NCBI GenBank assembly: GCA_964583685.1
Contig: CAZOVJ010000001.1
Coordinates: 68,033 to 132,032, forward strand
Source: an uncultured Gammaproteobacteria bacterium
Lineage (GTDB): Bacteria > Patescibacteriota > Microgenomatia > UBA8517
DNA: 64,000 bases
Direction of reading: 5' to 3'
The translations under genes and the position numbers were made by a program. Positions within the stretch are counted from its first letter, which is position 1. Each line of letters starts with the position of its first letter. The notes beneath the pieces are model-generated. The model had not been told where the DNA came from and searched no databases. It saw nothing but the letters and a program-made list of their open reading frames with translations. Positions 26,537 to 35,668 of this stretch are shown piece after piece.

Positions 26537-27604
26537 ATGATTAATAGAATTTTAGGACTTTTTTCTCATAATATTGGGGTTGATTTGGGGACAGCCAACA
26601 CAATGGTTTATGTATCAGGAAAAGGAATTGTCATTCGCGAGTCTTCGGTGGTCGCCCGTCATAAAAAAACAAAAGAGATTTTAGCTATCGGTTCCTTGGC
26701 AAAAAGGATGATTGGGCGAACACCCCTGGCCATTGAAGCGATAAGGCCATTAAATGATGGAGTGATTGCTGATTTTGATGCTACGGCGGCCATGCTCACT
26801 CATTATATTAAGAGAATTCATCAGTCAGGTACTTTAATTCCCAAGATTCCCAAACCCAAGGTTGTTATTGGTATTCCTTCCGGGGTTACCGAGGTTGAGC
26901 GTCGGGCGGTTGCTGACGCAACCTTAAATGCCGGAGCACGTCGAGTTCATCTAATTGAGGAACCCATGGTCGCGGCTATTGGTGCTGGACTGAATGTAAG
27001 TAATCCTCAGGGGATCTTTATTATTGATATTGGAGGTGGAACTACAGAAATTGCCGTAATTTCATTAGGAGGAATAGTTTTGGGCCATTCACTAAGGATT
27101 GCCGGAGATGAAATGGATGAGGCAATAATCAATTATCTAAGGCTTAAATATTCTTTTCTTCTTGGCCAACCTACTGCGGAAAGTGTCAAGATTAGCATCG
27201 GTTCGGCTGTAGGCGGGCCTGCCTCGTCCAGCCAAGGTGGGTCTGAAAAGTTTACTGTTGTCAGGGGGAGGGACTTGGAGACTGGCTTGCCGAAGTCTTT
27301 GAAGATATCCAGCAATGAAGTAAGAGAAGCTCTGGCCCCGGTTATACAGAAAATTATTGGCAATATTCAAGATATTCTTGAAGAAACTCCCACCGAATTG
27401 ATTTCCGATATCATGGAGAAGGGAATAACCATGGCCGGAGGTGGATCTCTTCTTCCAGGAATAGACAAAGTTGTTAGCGAAGAGACAAAAATGCCTGTTT
27501 GGATTGCCGACGACCCAATGGCCTGTGTTGTCAGGGGCTGTGGGGAAATTCTAGAAAATCCCCGCTTGCTTTCAAAATTACAGGTTGTTAAGGGCTTGAA
27601 ATAA
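26537..27604 (+). CDS. mreB: rod shape-determining protein MreB (full length)
   Basis: GVDLGTANTMVYVSGKG, NDGVIADFDA, DIGGGTTEIAVISLGG, AGGGSLLPG and AKGCG...VVRGCG are actin-fold phosphate, adenosine and connect motifs. Confidence 0.9.
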   Translation: MINRILGLFSHNIGVDLGTANTMVYVSGKGIVIRESSVVARHKKTKEILAIGSLAKRMIGRTPLAIEAIRPLNDGVIADFDATAAMLTHYIKRIHQSGTLIPKIPKPKVVIGIPSGVTEVERRAVADATLNAGARRVHLIEEPMVAAIGAGLNVSNPQGIFIIDIGGGTTEIAVISLGGIVLGHSLRIAGDEMDEAIINYLRLKYSFLLGQPTAESVKISIGSAVGGPASSSQGGSEKFTVVRGRDLETGLPKSLKISSNEVREALAPVIQKIIGNIQDILEETPTELISDIMEKGITMAGGGSLLPGIDKVVSEETKMPVWIADDPMACVVRGCGEILENPRLLSKLQVVKGLK

Positions 27605-27630
27605 AAGAGGAAATAAGTGAAACTTCAAGT

Positions 27631-29316
27631 ATGCAAAGTCTGGTGGCAACTAAAGTCCAAGAGAGTTGGTTAATTTGGTTTCTAAAAGGGCTTTTAATTT
27701 TAGGAGTTCTGGTTCTGGTCGCTAGATTGATTGAACTTCAGATTATCAAGGGAAATTATTACAGAAGTCTGGCAGAAGGCAATAGAATAAGGCGTATTTC
27801 GGTTAGCGCTCCCAGAGGAAGGATATTGGCAAGGGGTGGTGAGGTTTTGGTTGGCAATGTCGAGGTAAAACGGAAGATAGAATTTGACCCCGAAACCGGA
27901 TACAAGAAAAGCGATAATCTCAAAGATGCAGATTCCGATGAAATAATTTCCGAGTGGATTCGAACATATCCCTTGGCAGCTGACTTTACTCATGTGAGTG
28001 GATATTTGGGTGAAGTTGACAAGGACGAGGTGGCAAAGATTGATGCTCAATGCCCGGAAAAAGGTCCTCGAAAACTGGGCTCCTGGATTGGACGAGGGGG
28101 CTTGGAAGAGGAATATGAATGCAGGCTCCGGGGCATAGATGGAGAAGTGTTGATTGAGGTGGATACTTTAGGCAAGAAGGTGAGAATCCTAGGGAAAAAG
28201 GAGCCGATTCCTGGTAAAGATCTCAAGACAACAATTGACTTTAATCTGCAAAAAAAGGTAGCGGAAATAATAAAAGAAAAAAATGCTTTGGCTACGGCAG
28301 GCGCCTTGATTGTTACCGATGGCCAGGGCCAGATTTTGGTTCTCTATTCTTTTCCTTCATTTGACCCAAATCTCTTTGTCCAGCGAGAGGCCCATCTTGA
28401 CTGGGCGAAGCTGGCCACTTCTGCTCAAAAGATAAGGGCTATTTTAGAGGATTCTAATCTACCTCTATTTAATAGAGCAATAGCTGGCGCCTATCACCCG
28501 GGTTCGGTTTTTAAGATAGTGACGGCAACGGCCGCCCTTGAAGATGATAAGATTGATAAGGATTTTCTTTATGAAGATCCGGGTGTGATAAAGATTAAAA
28601 ACTTTTCCTATGCCAATTGGTATTTTAGTCAGCATGGACGGACCGAGGGGGAGATTGATTTAAAGAAGGCAATAGCCAGATCGACGGATACCTTTTTCTA
28701 TAAGCTTGGCGAATTTGTGGGAATTCGCAGATTGGCGGATTGGGCAGAAACTTTTGGTTTAGGTAAGAAGACGGGCATAGATTTGCCCGGAGAGGTTATG
28801 GGGCTAGTTCCCACCCCGGAATGGAAGCAGGAATTAAAAGGAGAACCTTGGTTTTTGGGAAATACTTATCATATGGCCATAGGCCAGGGAGATATCACGG
28901 CTACGCCATTGCAAATTAATGTTATGACATCAATTATTGCATCTGGGGGAAAGTTCTGTGGTCCATATCTTTTTATTGGCGAGTCACGAAACTCCCGATG
29001 TAAGGACTTGGGTTTGAAAAGAGAAACAATTGATGAGGTAAAAAAAGGGATGATTGGGGTTTGTAGTGAAGGAGGAACTGCCTTTCCCTTTTTCGATTTT
29101 GAGCCTCGAGTGGCCTGTAAAACAGGAACGGCTGAGACAGAAGAAGAAGGGAAGACCCATGCTTGGTTTACTGTTTTTGGGCCTGCCTCGCCGCCAGGCG
29201 AGCCCCAAGATTTTCCGGAAATAGTGATGACGGTCTTGGTTGAAAAAGGAGGAGAAGGTTCTTATGTGGCCGCTCCTATAGCCCGTGAAATTTTTGACTA
29301 TTACTTTAATAGATGA
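27631..29316 (+). CDS. mrdA: penicillin-binding protein 2 (class B transpeptidase)
   Basis: N-terminal TM anchor, dimerisation domain and transpeptidase motifs SVFK (SxxK), S.N-like and KTGT (CKTGTAE). Confidence 0.85.
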   Translation: MQSLVATKVQESWLIWFLKGLLILGVLVLVARLIELQIIKGNYYRSLAEGNRIRRISVSAPRGRILARGGEVLVGNVEVKRKIEFDPETGYKKSDNLKDADSDEIISEWIRTYPLAADFTHVSGYLGEVDKDEVAKIDAQCPEKGPRKLGSWIGRGGLEEEYECRLRGIDGEVLIEVDTLGKKVRILGKKEPIPGKDLKTTIDFNLQKKVAEIIKEKNALATAGALIVTDGQGQILVLYSFPSFDPNLFVQREAHLDWAKLATSAQKIRAILEDSNLPLFNRAIAGAYHPGSVFKIVTATAALEDDKIDKDFLYEDPGVIKIKNFSYANWYFSQHGRTEGEIDLKKAIARSTDTFFYKLGEFVGIRRLADWAETFGLGKKTGIDLPGEVMGLVPTPEWKQELKGEPWFLGNTYHMAIGQGDITATPLQINVMTSIIASGGKFCGPYLFIGESRNSRCKDLGLKRETIDEVKKGMIGVCSEGGTAFPFFDFEPRVACKTGTAETEEEGKTHAWFTVFGPASPPGEPQDFPEIVMTVLVEKGGEGSYVAAPIAREIFDYYFNR

Positions 29317-29969
29317 GAAAGATAATTAAAATAAGACCCGGCGATAAGGGCTATCCTGAAAATTTAAAGGATTTGACAGACAGACCGGAGATTCTCTATT
29401 TAGTAGGTGAAATTAAACCAGAAGACAGGAAGGCAGTTGCCATTGTTGGGACACGACGGATGACTGATTATGGAAGAAAAATAGCCTGGAATTTTGCTTT
29501 TAGTTTAGCCAAGCAAGGAGTGGTGATAGTTTCGGGGTTGGCTCGGGGGATTGATGCTGTAGCTTACACAGCCGCTTTAAAGGCAGGAGGAAGAACCTTG
29601 GCTGTATTGGGAAGTGGTCTGGATATAGTTTACCCAGCTGAAAATAAAGGGTTAGCTGAAAAAATTGTTAGGAATGGAGCCTTAATTTCTGAGTTTTCCT
29701 TAGGTACAAAGCCCCTGGGGGAAAATTTTTTAATAAGAAACAGGATTATTTCTGGTTTGTCGTTGGCTGTTTTGGTAATAGAAGGAGCAAGAAAAAGCGG
29801 TACTTTATCAACCGCATCATATGCAGCTAATCAGGGAAGAGAAGTTTTTGCTGTACCGGGATCGATAGATTCAGTAATGTCTGGGGCGCCACATTTCCTG
29901 ATAGAGAATGGAGCGGCCGTGGCTAGTAAGCCAGAGGATATTTTGGATTATTTAAAATCTATCCCTTGA
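29313..29969 (+). CDS. dprA: DNA-processing protein DprA/Smf, Rossmann-like core only (218 aa)
   Basis: AIVGTRRMTDYGR, VIVSGLARGIDAVAYTAAL, GRTLAVLGSGLDIVYP.EN and GTLSTASYAANQGREVFAVPG form the conserved DprA DNA-binding core. Confidence 0.8.
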   Translation: MRKIIKIRPGDKGYPENLKDLTDRPEILYLVGEIKPEDRKAVAIVGTRRMTDYGRKIAWNFAFSLAKQGVVIVSGLARGIDAVAYTAALKAGGRTLAVLGSGLDIVYPAENKGLAEKIVRNGALISEFSLGTKPLGENFLIRNRIISGLSLAVLVIEGARKSGTLSTASYAANQGREVFAVPGSIDSVMSGAPHFLIENGAAVASKPEDILDYLKSIP

Positions 29970-30011
29970 CACAATATTTAGAATTAACTTAATGTTTAAA
30001 AGTTATTATTT

Positions 30012-32012
30012 ATGGATTTGATTATTGTTGAATCACCAACCAAGGCAAGGACCCTCAAAAGATTTTTAGGGAAAGAGTTTAGTTTAGTAGCGACAATGGG
30101 ACATGTTAAGGATTTGCCCAAGAGTTCGCTGGGAATTGATATTGGGAGAAATTTTGTCCCCGAATATGTAACCTTAAAACGCCAAGAAGAGCAAATCGGA
30201 AAAATAAAGAGAGAAGCCAAAAGAGCCAAAAAGGTTTTGTTGGCGACAGACCCGGATAGAGAAGGAGAAGCAATTGCTCAGCACATCTGTGATGTTCTTC
30301 ACTCAAATTCAAAATTTTCCAGAATAGTCTTTCATGAAATTACAAAAAGGGCGGTTGAGAAGGCCATGGCAGAGCCTCGAGATATTGATAAGAATTTGGT
30401 TGATGCTCAAATTGCCAGACGAGTGCTTGATAGATTAGTTGGCTATAAATTATCACCTCTTTTATGGAGAAAGGTAAGAAGAGGTCTTTCGGCTGGCCGG
30501 GTTCAATCGGTTACTGTTAGGTTAATAGTTGACAGGGAGCGTGAGATTGAGGCCTTCAAACCAAAAGAATATTGGGAAATTTTTTGTCAACTCCGGGCTG
30601 GTAAAACCCCAAAATCCCGGGCTAGAGAATTCCTTGCCCAACTTGTCAAAATTGGAGATAAAAAGACGGAAGTCAAAAATAAAAAAACTGCAGATAGAAT
30701 TGTTAAGGATTTAAGGAAAGGAAAATATGAAGTTTCTGATGTTAAAAAACAGGAGATTAGGAAGAATCCCTATCCTCCTTTTAAAACCTCAACCATGACT
30801 CAGTCAGCGGCAAGATTGTTTTCTTGGCCAGCTAGAAAAACTATGTCGGTTGCCCAGAGACTTTATGAACAGGGATTTATAACCTATCATCGAACCGATT
30901 CTACCAATATTGCCAAAATAGCAATAGCAAAGGTGAGGGTATTTATTAAGAGAGAATTTGGCCTAGACTATTTGCCGGAAAAGCCGAGAATCTATAAGAC
31001 AAGCGCCAGGGTTGCTCAAGAAGCCCATGAAGCGATAAGGCCAACTAGATTAAAATCTCCCGCGAAGTGGGAAAAACTTCAGAAAGACTCAAAAAGATTA
31101 TACGAGTTAATTTGGAAACGTTTTGTCGCTTGCCAGATGGCGGCGAGTTTATATGATAAAACTCAAATCGAGATTAGGGCGGGAAATTATCTACTTCGTG
31201 CTTCAGGTCAGGTTATCAAATTTGACGGCTGGAAAAAGATTTATGGGACAAAGGAACTGACAAAGATTCAATTGCCTAAAGTATCAGTTGGCGACATACT
31301 TCAATTAATTAAAGTGATGGCAGAGCAGAATTTCACTAAACCTCTGGCAAGGTATAATGAGGCTTCACTTATTAAAACTCTTGAAAACCTGGGAATTGGT
31401 AGGCCTTCCACTTATGCTCCGATAATATCAACTATTCAGCTAAGACAGTATGTTGAGAAAAGAGAAGGAAGATTTTATCCTACACCAGTTGGGGTGGCGG
31501 TAAATGATTTTTTAATTGCCAATTTTCCTCAAGTTTTTGAATATCAATTTACGGCGGACATGGAGGATTCTCTGGATAAAATTGCCAATGGAGAGACTAA
31601 ATGGACAGGTATAATCAGGGTTTTCTGGCAACCGTTTAGCAAGAAGCTGAAGCAGGTTTTAAAAGCAAAGAGAGTGAAGATTGAAACAGAGAAAACCGGG
31701 AGAAAATGCCCGAAGTGTAAGAAAGAAGGTTTGCCTGCCAGCAAGCAGGGAGAGCTAGTAATTAGAATTGGCCGTTTTGGTAAATTTATATCCTGCTCAA
31801 GATTTCCTGAATGTGATTATACGGAAAAATATGTGGAAAAAATTGGGATGAAATGCCCGGGGTGTAAAAAAGGAGAGGTGATAGTTAAGAAGACAAGAAA
31901 AGGCAGAAGATTTTATGGCTGCTCGCGCTACCCCGAATGCAAATGGGCCTCCTGGCGCAGTCCCAAAGAGAAAAAGGACGGTTCGGCAGTACGGGAAAGT
32001 AAAAGAGCATGA
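30012..32012 (+). CDS. topA: DNA topoisomerase I (type IA) with C-terminal Cys4 zinc ribbons
   Basis: MDLIIVESPTKARTL (TOPRIM), GYITYHRTDST around the active-site Tyr region, and C-terminal CPKCKK...C.RFPEC / CPGCKKG...CSRYPEC zinc ribbons. Confidence 0.9.
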   Translation: MDLIIVESPTKARTLKRFLGKEFSLVATMGHVKDLPKSSLGIDIGRNFVPEYVTLKRQEEQIGKIKREAKRAKKVLLATDPDREGEAIAQHICDVLHSNSKFSRIVFHEITKRAVEKAMAEPRDIDKNLVDAQIARRVLDRLVGYKLSPLLWRKVRRGLSAGRVQSVTVRLIVDREREIEAFKPKEYWEIFCQLRAGKTPKSRAREFLAQLVKIGDKKTEVKNKKTADRIVKDLRKGKYEVSDVKKQEIRKNPYPPFKTSTMTQSAARLFSWPARKTMSVAQRLYEQGFITYHRTDSTNIAKIAIAKVRVFIKREFGLDYLPEKPRIYKTSARVAQEAHEAIRPTRLKSPAKWEKLQKDSKRLYELIWKRFVACQMAASLYDKTQIEIRAGNYLLRASGQVIKFDGWKKIYGTKELTKIQLPKVSVGDILQLIKVMAEQNFTKPLARYNEASLIKTLENLGIGRPSTYAPIISTIQLRQYVEKREGRFYPTPVGVAVNDFLIANFPQVFEYQFTADMEDSLDKIANGETKWTGIIRVFWQPFSKKLKQVLKAKRVKIETEKTGRKCPKCKKEGLPASKQGELVIRIGRFGKFISCSRFPECDYTEKYVEKIGMKCPGCKKGEVIVKKTRKGRRFYGCSRYPECKWASWRSPKEKKDGSAVRESKRA

Positions 32013-33049
32013 AGGTGAATCAAAAGTCTTTAGTTATTGAATCTTCTAACTTGAAAAACTTACTTCAAAAGACTAAGCAAATACTTCTTAAACGGGGTAA
32101 GAAAGCAAGGTCGCAAAGGGGGTTTACCTGGTCTTTGAATTCTGTTCTTTTAAGGTGGACAAGGTCGTCAGAGGACAAGGAAAGATACTCCTTTTGGTCT
32201 AAAAAGGAAGATGGTTGGTATCAGGACAATTTTGTCAGGAAAGAGGGGGCTATCTTGCCAGAACAACTAGCTAGTAAAGGAGGGTTGCTTTTCCCCTACA
32301 CCTATGCCCAGAGGTCAAGATTTTATGATAGTGGTTGGGGATACGGGTTGGCCGTTGTTAGAGCTGCCAAGAGTTTGGCGAGGCGAATGAAGGATGTTTG
32401 TGGTAATTTTGCTAATTTTAATTCTTGGCTTAGCGAGATGAGTGAGTTGATCCATATCCAAACAGTGCTTTCGGTTCTAATTTGGTGGAAGAGAGATTTA
32501 TTTAATTATTGGCTAAATAATCAGGATATTCTTGAGAAGATTGTAAAAGCGACAAGGGTTGATGTTTTAGAAAAAATTGCTAAGGAGGTTGATGAATATC
32601 CTTTGACTCGACGTGCTATTACTCCTTCATTCATGTACGTCACTGACTATCTGCTTCATCCCCAGATGGGCGTTCCGCCCTATCAGGCCTTTCAATTGTT
32701 ACCAGGTAGGGAAGGAAGTCCTTTGTCCAGTCTCCACTGGCATCGCTCTTTAGACTCATCTGGTGGAGGACAACTTGATTTTAATCATGATTTTGCATGG
32801 CTTTCATTTGCCTGCTCAAAAACAAGAAGAAAAATGGGCGATATTACTATTTTAGCTAGTAATCTACATTTATATGCTGTTTCTGAAAGAGATATTATGA
32901 AAGATGTTGTCCCCAACGACGATATTCAATCTTGGCTGGCGAGGGTAACTGATGGCTATAAAAGTGGCAAGGGTACAGCAAAAGATTTGCTTAAGAAAGA
33001 TGTTTATCACAAAAACGCCAAGATGGTATATAGTGTTTTGGGTAGGTAG
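32009..33049 (+). CDS. thymidylate-synthase-fold paralog lacking the catalytic cysteine (Tyr in its place), 346 aa
   Basis: C-terminal half aligns to ThyA: LTRRAITPSF versus DSRRIIVSAWN; GVPPYQAFQLLP versus ALAPCHAFFQFYV (Cys nucleophile replaced by Tyr); LHWHRSLD...DFNHDFAWL versus LYQRSCDVF..PFNIASYAL; ILASNLHLYA versus TGGDTHLYSNH. Overlaps topA by 4 nt. Confidence 0.5.
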   Translation: MKVNQKSLVIESSNLKNLLQKTKQILLKRGKKARSQRGFTWSLNSVLLRWTRSSEDKERYSFWSKKEDGWYQDNFVRKEGAILPEQLASKGGLLFPYTYAQRSRFYDSGWGYGLAVVRAAKSLARRMKDVCGNFANFNSWLSEMSELIHIQTVLSVLIWWKRDLFNYWLNNQDILEKIVKATRVDVLEKIAKEVDEYPLTRRAITPSFMYVTDYLLHPQMGVPPYQAFQLLPGREGSPLSSLHWHRSLDSSGGGQLDFNHDFAWLSFACSKTRRKMGDITILASNLHLYAVSERDIMKDVVPNDDIQSWLARVTDGYKSGKGTAKDLLKKDVYHKNAKMVYSVLGR

Positions 33050-33052
33050 GAA

Positions 33053-33889
33053 ATGACAGAACTGGACAAACAGTACAAGATTTTACTGAAAAGAATAATG
33101 AACGAGGGGATTGAGGAATTGTCTGAGCGGACAGGACACAAAACTTATGCTCTTCCTGGTCTAACCTTAGAACTTGGTGCAGATACTGGTTTTCCTCTTT
33201 TGACTCTGAGAAAGGTTCCGATTAGAATTTTTGTGGCCGAGCAAGTCTGGTATTTGACTGGCAGTCGCAGACCCGAAGACTTTTTGGATCAATTTACCAA
33301 GATATGGGATGATTTTACTGAACTTGATGGAGTGGTAACGGCCGCTTATGGATATCGCTGGCGACATTACTTCGGTCGGGATCAAATTCTTGATTTGATT
33401 AGGCTACTGACCGAAGAACCAAGTTCTCGGCATGGTGTGGTCGTTGCTTGGGATCCAGGAAGTGATGGTTTGAACCCAGAGCGCAAGAGGAAAAATGTTC
33501 CCTGTCCCTATACTTTTGTTGTCAATATTATTGGAGGTAAACTGCATATGCACAGTATTGTTCGTTCAAATGATATGATTCTTGGTTTTCCTCATGACGT
33601 CGGTGGCTTTGCTTTACTTCAGCGTCTTCTTGCCGCGAAATTAGATGTCGGTGTCGGTAAGTTCACTCAGTCAATTTCCAACGCCCACATTTATGATATT
33701 CACTACAAGGCGGCAAAGGAGTTAATGAAACGCAAAAATAAACATCCTAGGGTTGATTTAAAACTTCAGCAGAACTCTTTTGATAGAGCACTGAAGGGAG
33801 ATAAAAATTTGGTTTTAGAAATAGTTGAGCAATTGAAGTCTCAATATAATCCATCGCCTGCAATAGATAATCTTAAAATAGTTTTGTAA
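33053..33889 (+). CDS. thyA: thymidylate synthase (ThyA family, divergent; catalytic Cys retained)
   Basis: ERTGHKTY...GFPLLTLRKV, YGYRWR, SSRHGVVVAWDPG, VPCPYTF (PCH-equivalent Cys), RSNDMILGFPHDVGGFALL and SNAHIYDIH all align to canonical ThyA segments. Confidence 0.7.
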   Translation: MTELDKQYKILLKRIMNEGIEELSERTGHKTYALPGLTLELGADTGFPLLTLRKVPIRIFVAEQVWYLTGSRRPEDFLDQFTKIWDDFTELDGVVTAAYGYRWRHYFGRDQILDLIRLLTEEPSSRHGVVVAWDPGSDGLNPERKRKNVPCPYTFVVNIIGGKLHMHSIVRSNDMILGFPHDVGGFALLQRLLAAKLDVGVGKFTQSISNAHIYDIHYKAAKELMKRKNKHPRVDLKLQQNSFDRALKGDKNLVLEIVEQLKSQYNPSPAIDNLKIVL

Positions 33890-33896
33890 ATCTATT

Positions 33897-34406
33897 ATGA
33901 AAGTAATTTTAATCTGTGTTACTAGCTTAGACGGAAAGATAGCCAGAGATTTAAAAGATCCTGTTGATTGGACATCGAAAGAGGATAGGGCATTTTTTGT
34001 CCGAGAAACTAAAAAAGCAGGGGTTGTTCTCATGGGTAGAAATACTTTTAAGGCTATTGGGAAAATTTTGCCAGATAGGCTCAATATCGTTTTTACTTCT
34101 AAGGCAAAAAGGCTTCAAAGTCAGCCGGGAGTTTTAGAATATACAGCCCAAAAGCCGAGAGAGGTAGTTGAAAGTCTCGGAAAAAGGGGATTTAAAAAGG
34201 CAATGCTTATCGGTGGATCAAGACTTAATGCTTCATTTCTTCAAGATAGTTTAATTGACGAGATTTGGTTAACAGTCGTAGGAGTTATTTTTGGTCAAGG
34301 GCTCTCGCTTTTTGAGTCAGGTAAATATAATTTCCCTGCTAAGCTTTTGTCATTTCATAAACTTGGAGAAAAGACTATCCTGTTAAAGTATCAAATTAAG
34401 AAGTAA
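33897..34406 (+). CDS. dihydrofolate reductase family protein (RibD C-terminal-domain type)
   Basis: MKVILICVTSLDGKIA...DPVDWTSKEDRAFF...AGVVLMGRNTFKAIG..LPDRLNIVFTS matches the RibD_C/DHFR-like family consensus. Confidence 0.7.
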   Translation: MKVILICVTSLDGKIARDLKDPVDWTSKEDRAFFVRETKKAGVVLMGRNTFKAIGKILPDRLNIVFTSKAKRLQSQPGVLEYTAQKPREVVESLGKRGFKKAMLIGGSRLNASFLQDSLIDEIWLTVVGVIFGQGLSLFESGKYNFPAKLLSFHKLGEKTILLKYQIKK

Positions 34407-34412
34407 AAAGCG

Positions 34413-35051
34413 ATGTTGGTTTTAGTTAAAAAGCAAATTAGAGAAAAGATAGAATCTGGAGAGCTTATCTTTAAGCCGTCCTTAGATAAGTTTCAACTCC
34501 AATCCCATTCAGTCGATCTTCGTTTGGGCTATACCTTTCTCATTTATAAAAATTGGAAATTGAGCAATGAGGGAAGAACGGTAGTCCAACTTGACTATGA
34601 AGAGTCTCGTGACCATTTCCAGGTAATCGAACTGGAGGAGGGTCAATATTTTGAAATCTTACCAAGAGAGTATGTTATTGTTTCGACCCTAGAAGAGATC
34701 AAAATGCCCCGTGATATCATGGCAATTCTTTACCCCAGATCTTCTGTTAATAGACGTGGTCTATCGGTTGACTTAAACGGAATAATTGACGCAGGTTATA
34801 GGGGCAATCTCATTGTTCCTATGAGGAATAATACCCAAAATCAAGTTGTCAGGATTTACCCAGGTGAAAGATTTTGTCAGCTTCTTTTCCACACACTCTC
34901 ATCTAAGGCGCGTCCCCGTAAAAGCAGGTATGCCAAAAAAGATATTATCGTCGGTTTTTTAGGAGAACGATATGTTTCAGAGACCAGATTGGTGCGCAGC
35001 GGTAAGATTAAAGAGCTAAAGAGAAAATATGCTTTGAATTTGAGGAAATGA
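34413..35051 (+). CDS. dcd: dCTP deaminase family protein
   Basis: SVDLRLG, YVIVSTLEEIKMP.D, PRSS..RRGLSV..NGIIDAGYRGNL..P and PGERFCQLLF are the dCTP deaminase/dUTPase-fold motifs. Confidence 0.8.
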   Translation: MLVLVKKQIREKIESGELIFKPSLDKFQLQSHSVDLRLGYTFLIYKNWKLSNEGRTVVQLDYEESRDHFQVIELEEGQYFEILPREYVIVSTLEEIKMPRDIMAILYPRSSVNRRGLSVDLNGIIDAGYRGNLIVPMRNNTQNQVVRIYPGERFCQLLFHTLSSKARPRKSRYAKKDIIVGFLGERYVSETRLVRSGKIKELKRKYALNLRK

Positions 35052-35668
35052 GAAGGCGTGGAAAGTTTCTTGTTTTAGAAGGAGGGGTGGGGGCAGGAAA
35101 GACGACCCAAGAGAGATTGCTTAAAGCAAGGCTTTCTGGTTGGGAATTTTTTAGAGAGCCGGGTGGTACTCCCTTTGGCGAAAAGGTCCGGGATGCGGTT
35201 CAGGGAGTGCATGGTTACAAGGTGGATAGATACGCAGCCTTACTTGCTTATAGTGCCTCAAGGGCAAATTTGATAAGAGGAGAGATTATTCCCAGGCTTG
35301 AGAAAGGAGCTAATATAGTACTTGACCGCTATTGGTATTCAACCTGGGCTTATCAAGGAGCTGAGGGAGTGTCCAAACCAATCATTTGGTTGCTGAGTAT
35401 GCTGGCGACCCGGAGGTTGAAGCCGAACTTGGTTTTGTTTTATGATTTGATACCAGAGATTGGTATGACAAGAAAAAGGAAGTCCAAAGACGCTGACAGA
35501 TATGACCTGAAAGCAAAAGAGTTTCACCAAAAGGTCAGACAGAATTATCTCCAACTTAAGTTTTTTTACCCAGGCATCTGGAGGACAATAGATGCCTCAA
35601 AATCAGTGAAAGAAATTTCGCAAGATTCATTGAAAGCTTTAAGAGAATTTGGTTTATTGAAGAGATGA
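35048..35668 (+). CDS. tmk: thymidylate kinase
   Basis: GKFLVLEGGVGAGKTTQ (P-loop) and DRYWYSTWAYQG (the DRY/LID region). Confidence 0.85.
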   Translation: MRRRGKFLVLEGGVGAGKTTQERLLKARLSGWEFFREPGGTPFGEKVRDAVQGVHGYKVDRYAALLAYSASRANLIRGEIIPRLEKGANIVLDRYWYSTWAYQGAEGVSKPIIWLLSMLATRRLKPNLVLFYDLIPEIGMTRKRKSKDADRYDLKAKEFHQKVRQNYLQLKFFYPGIWRTIDASKSVKEISQDSLKALREFGLLKR

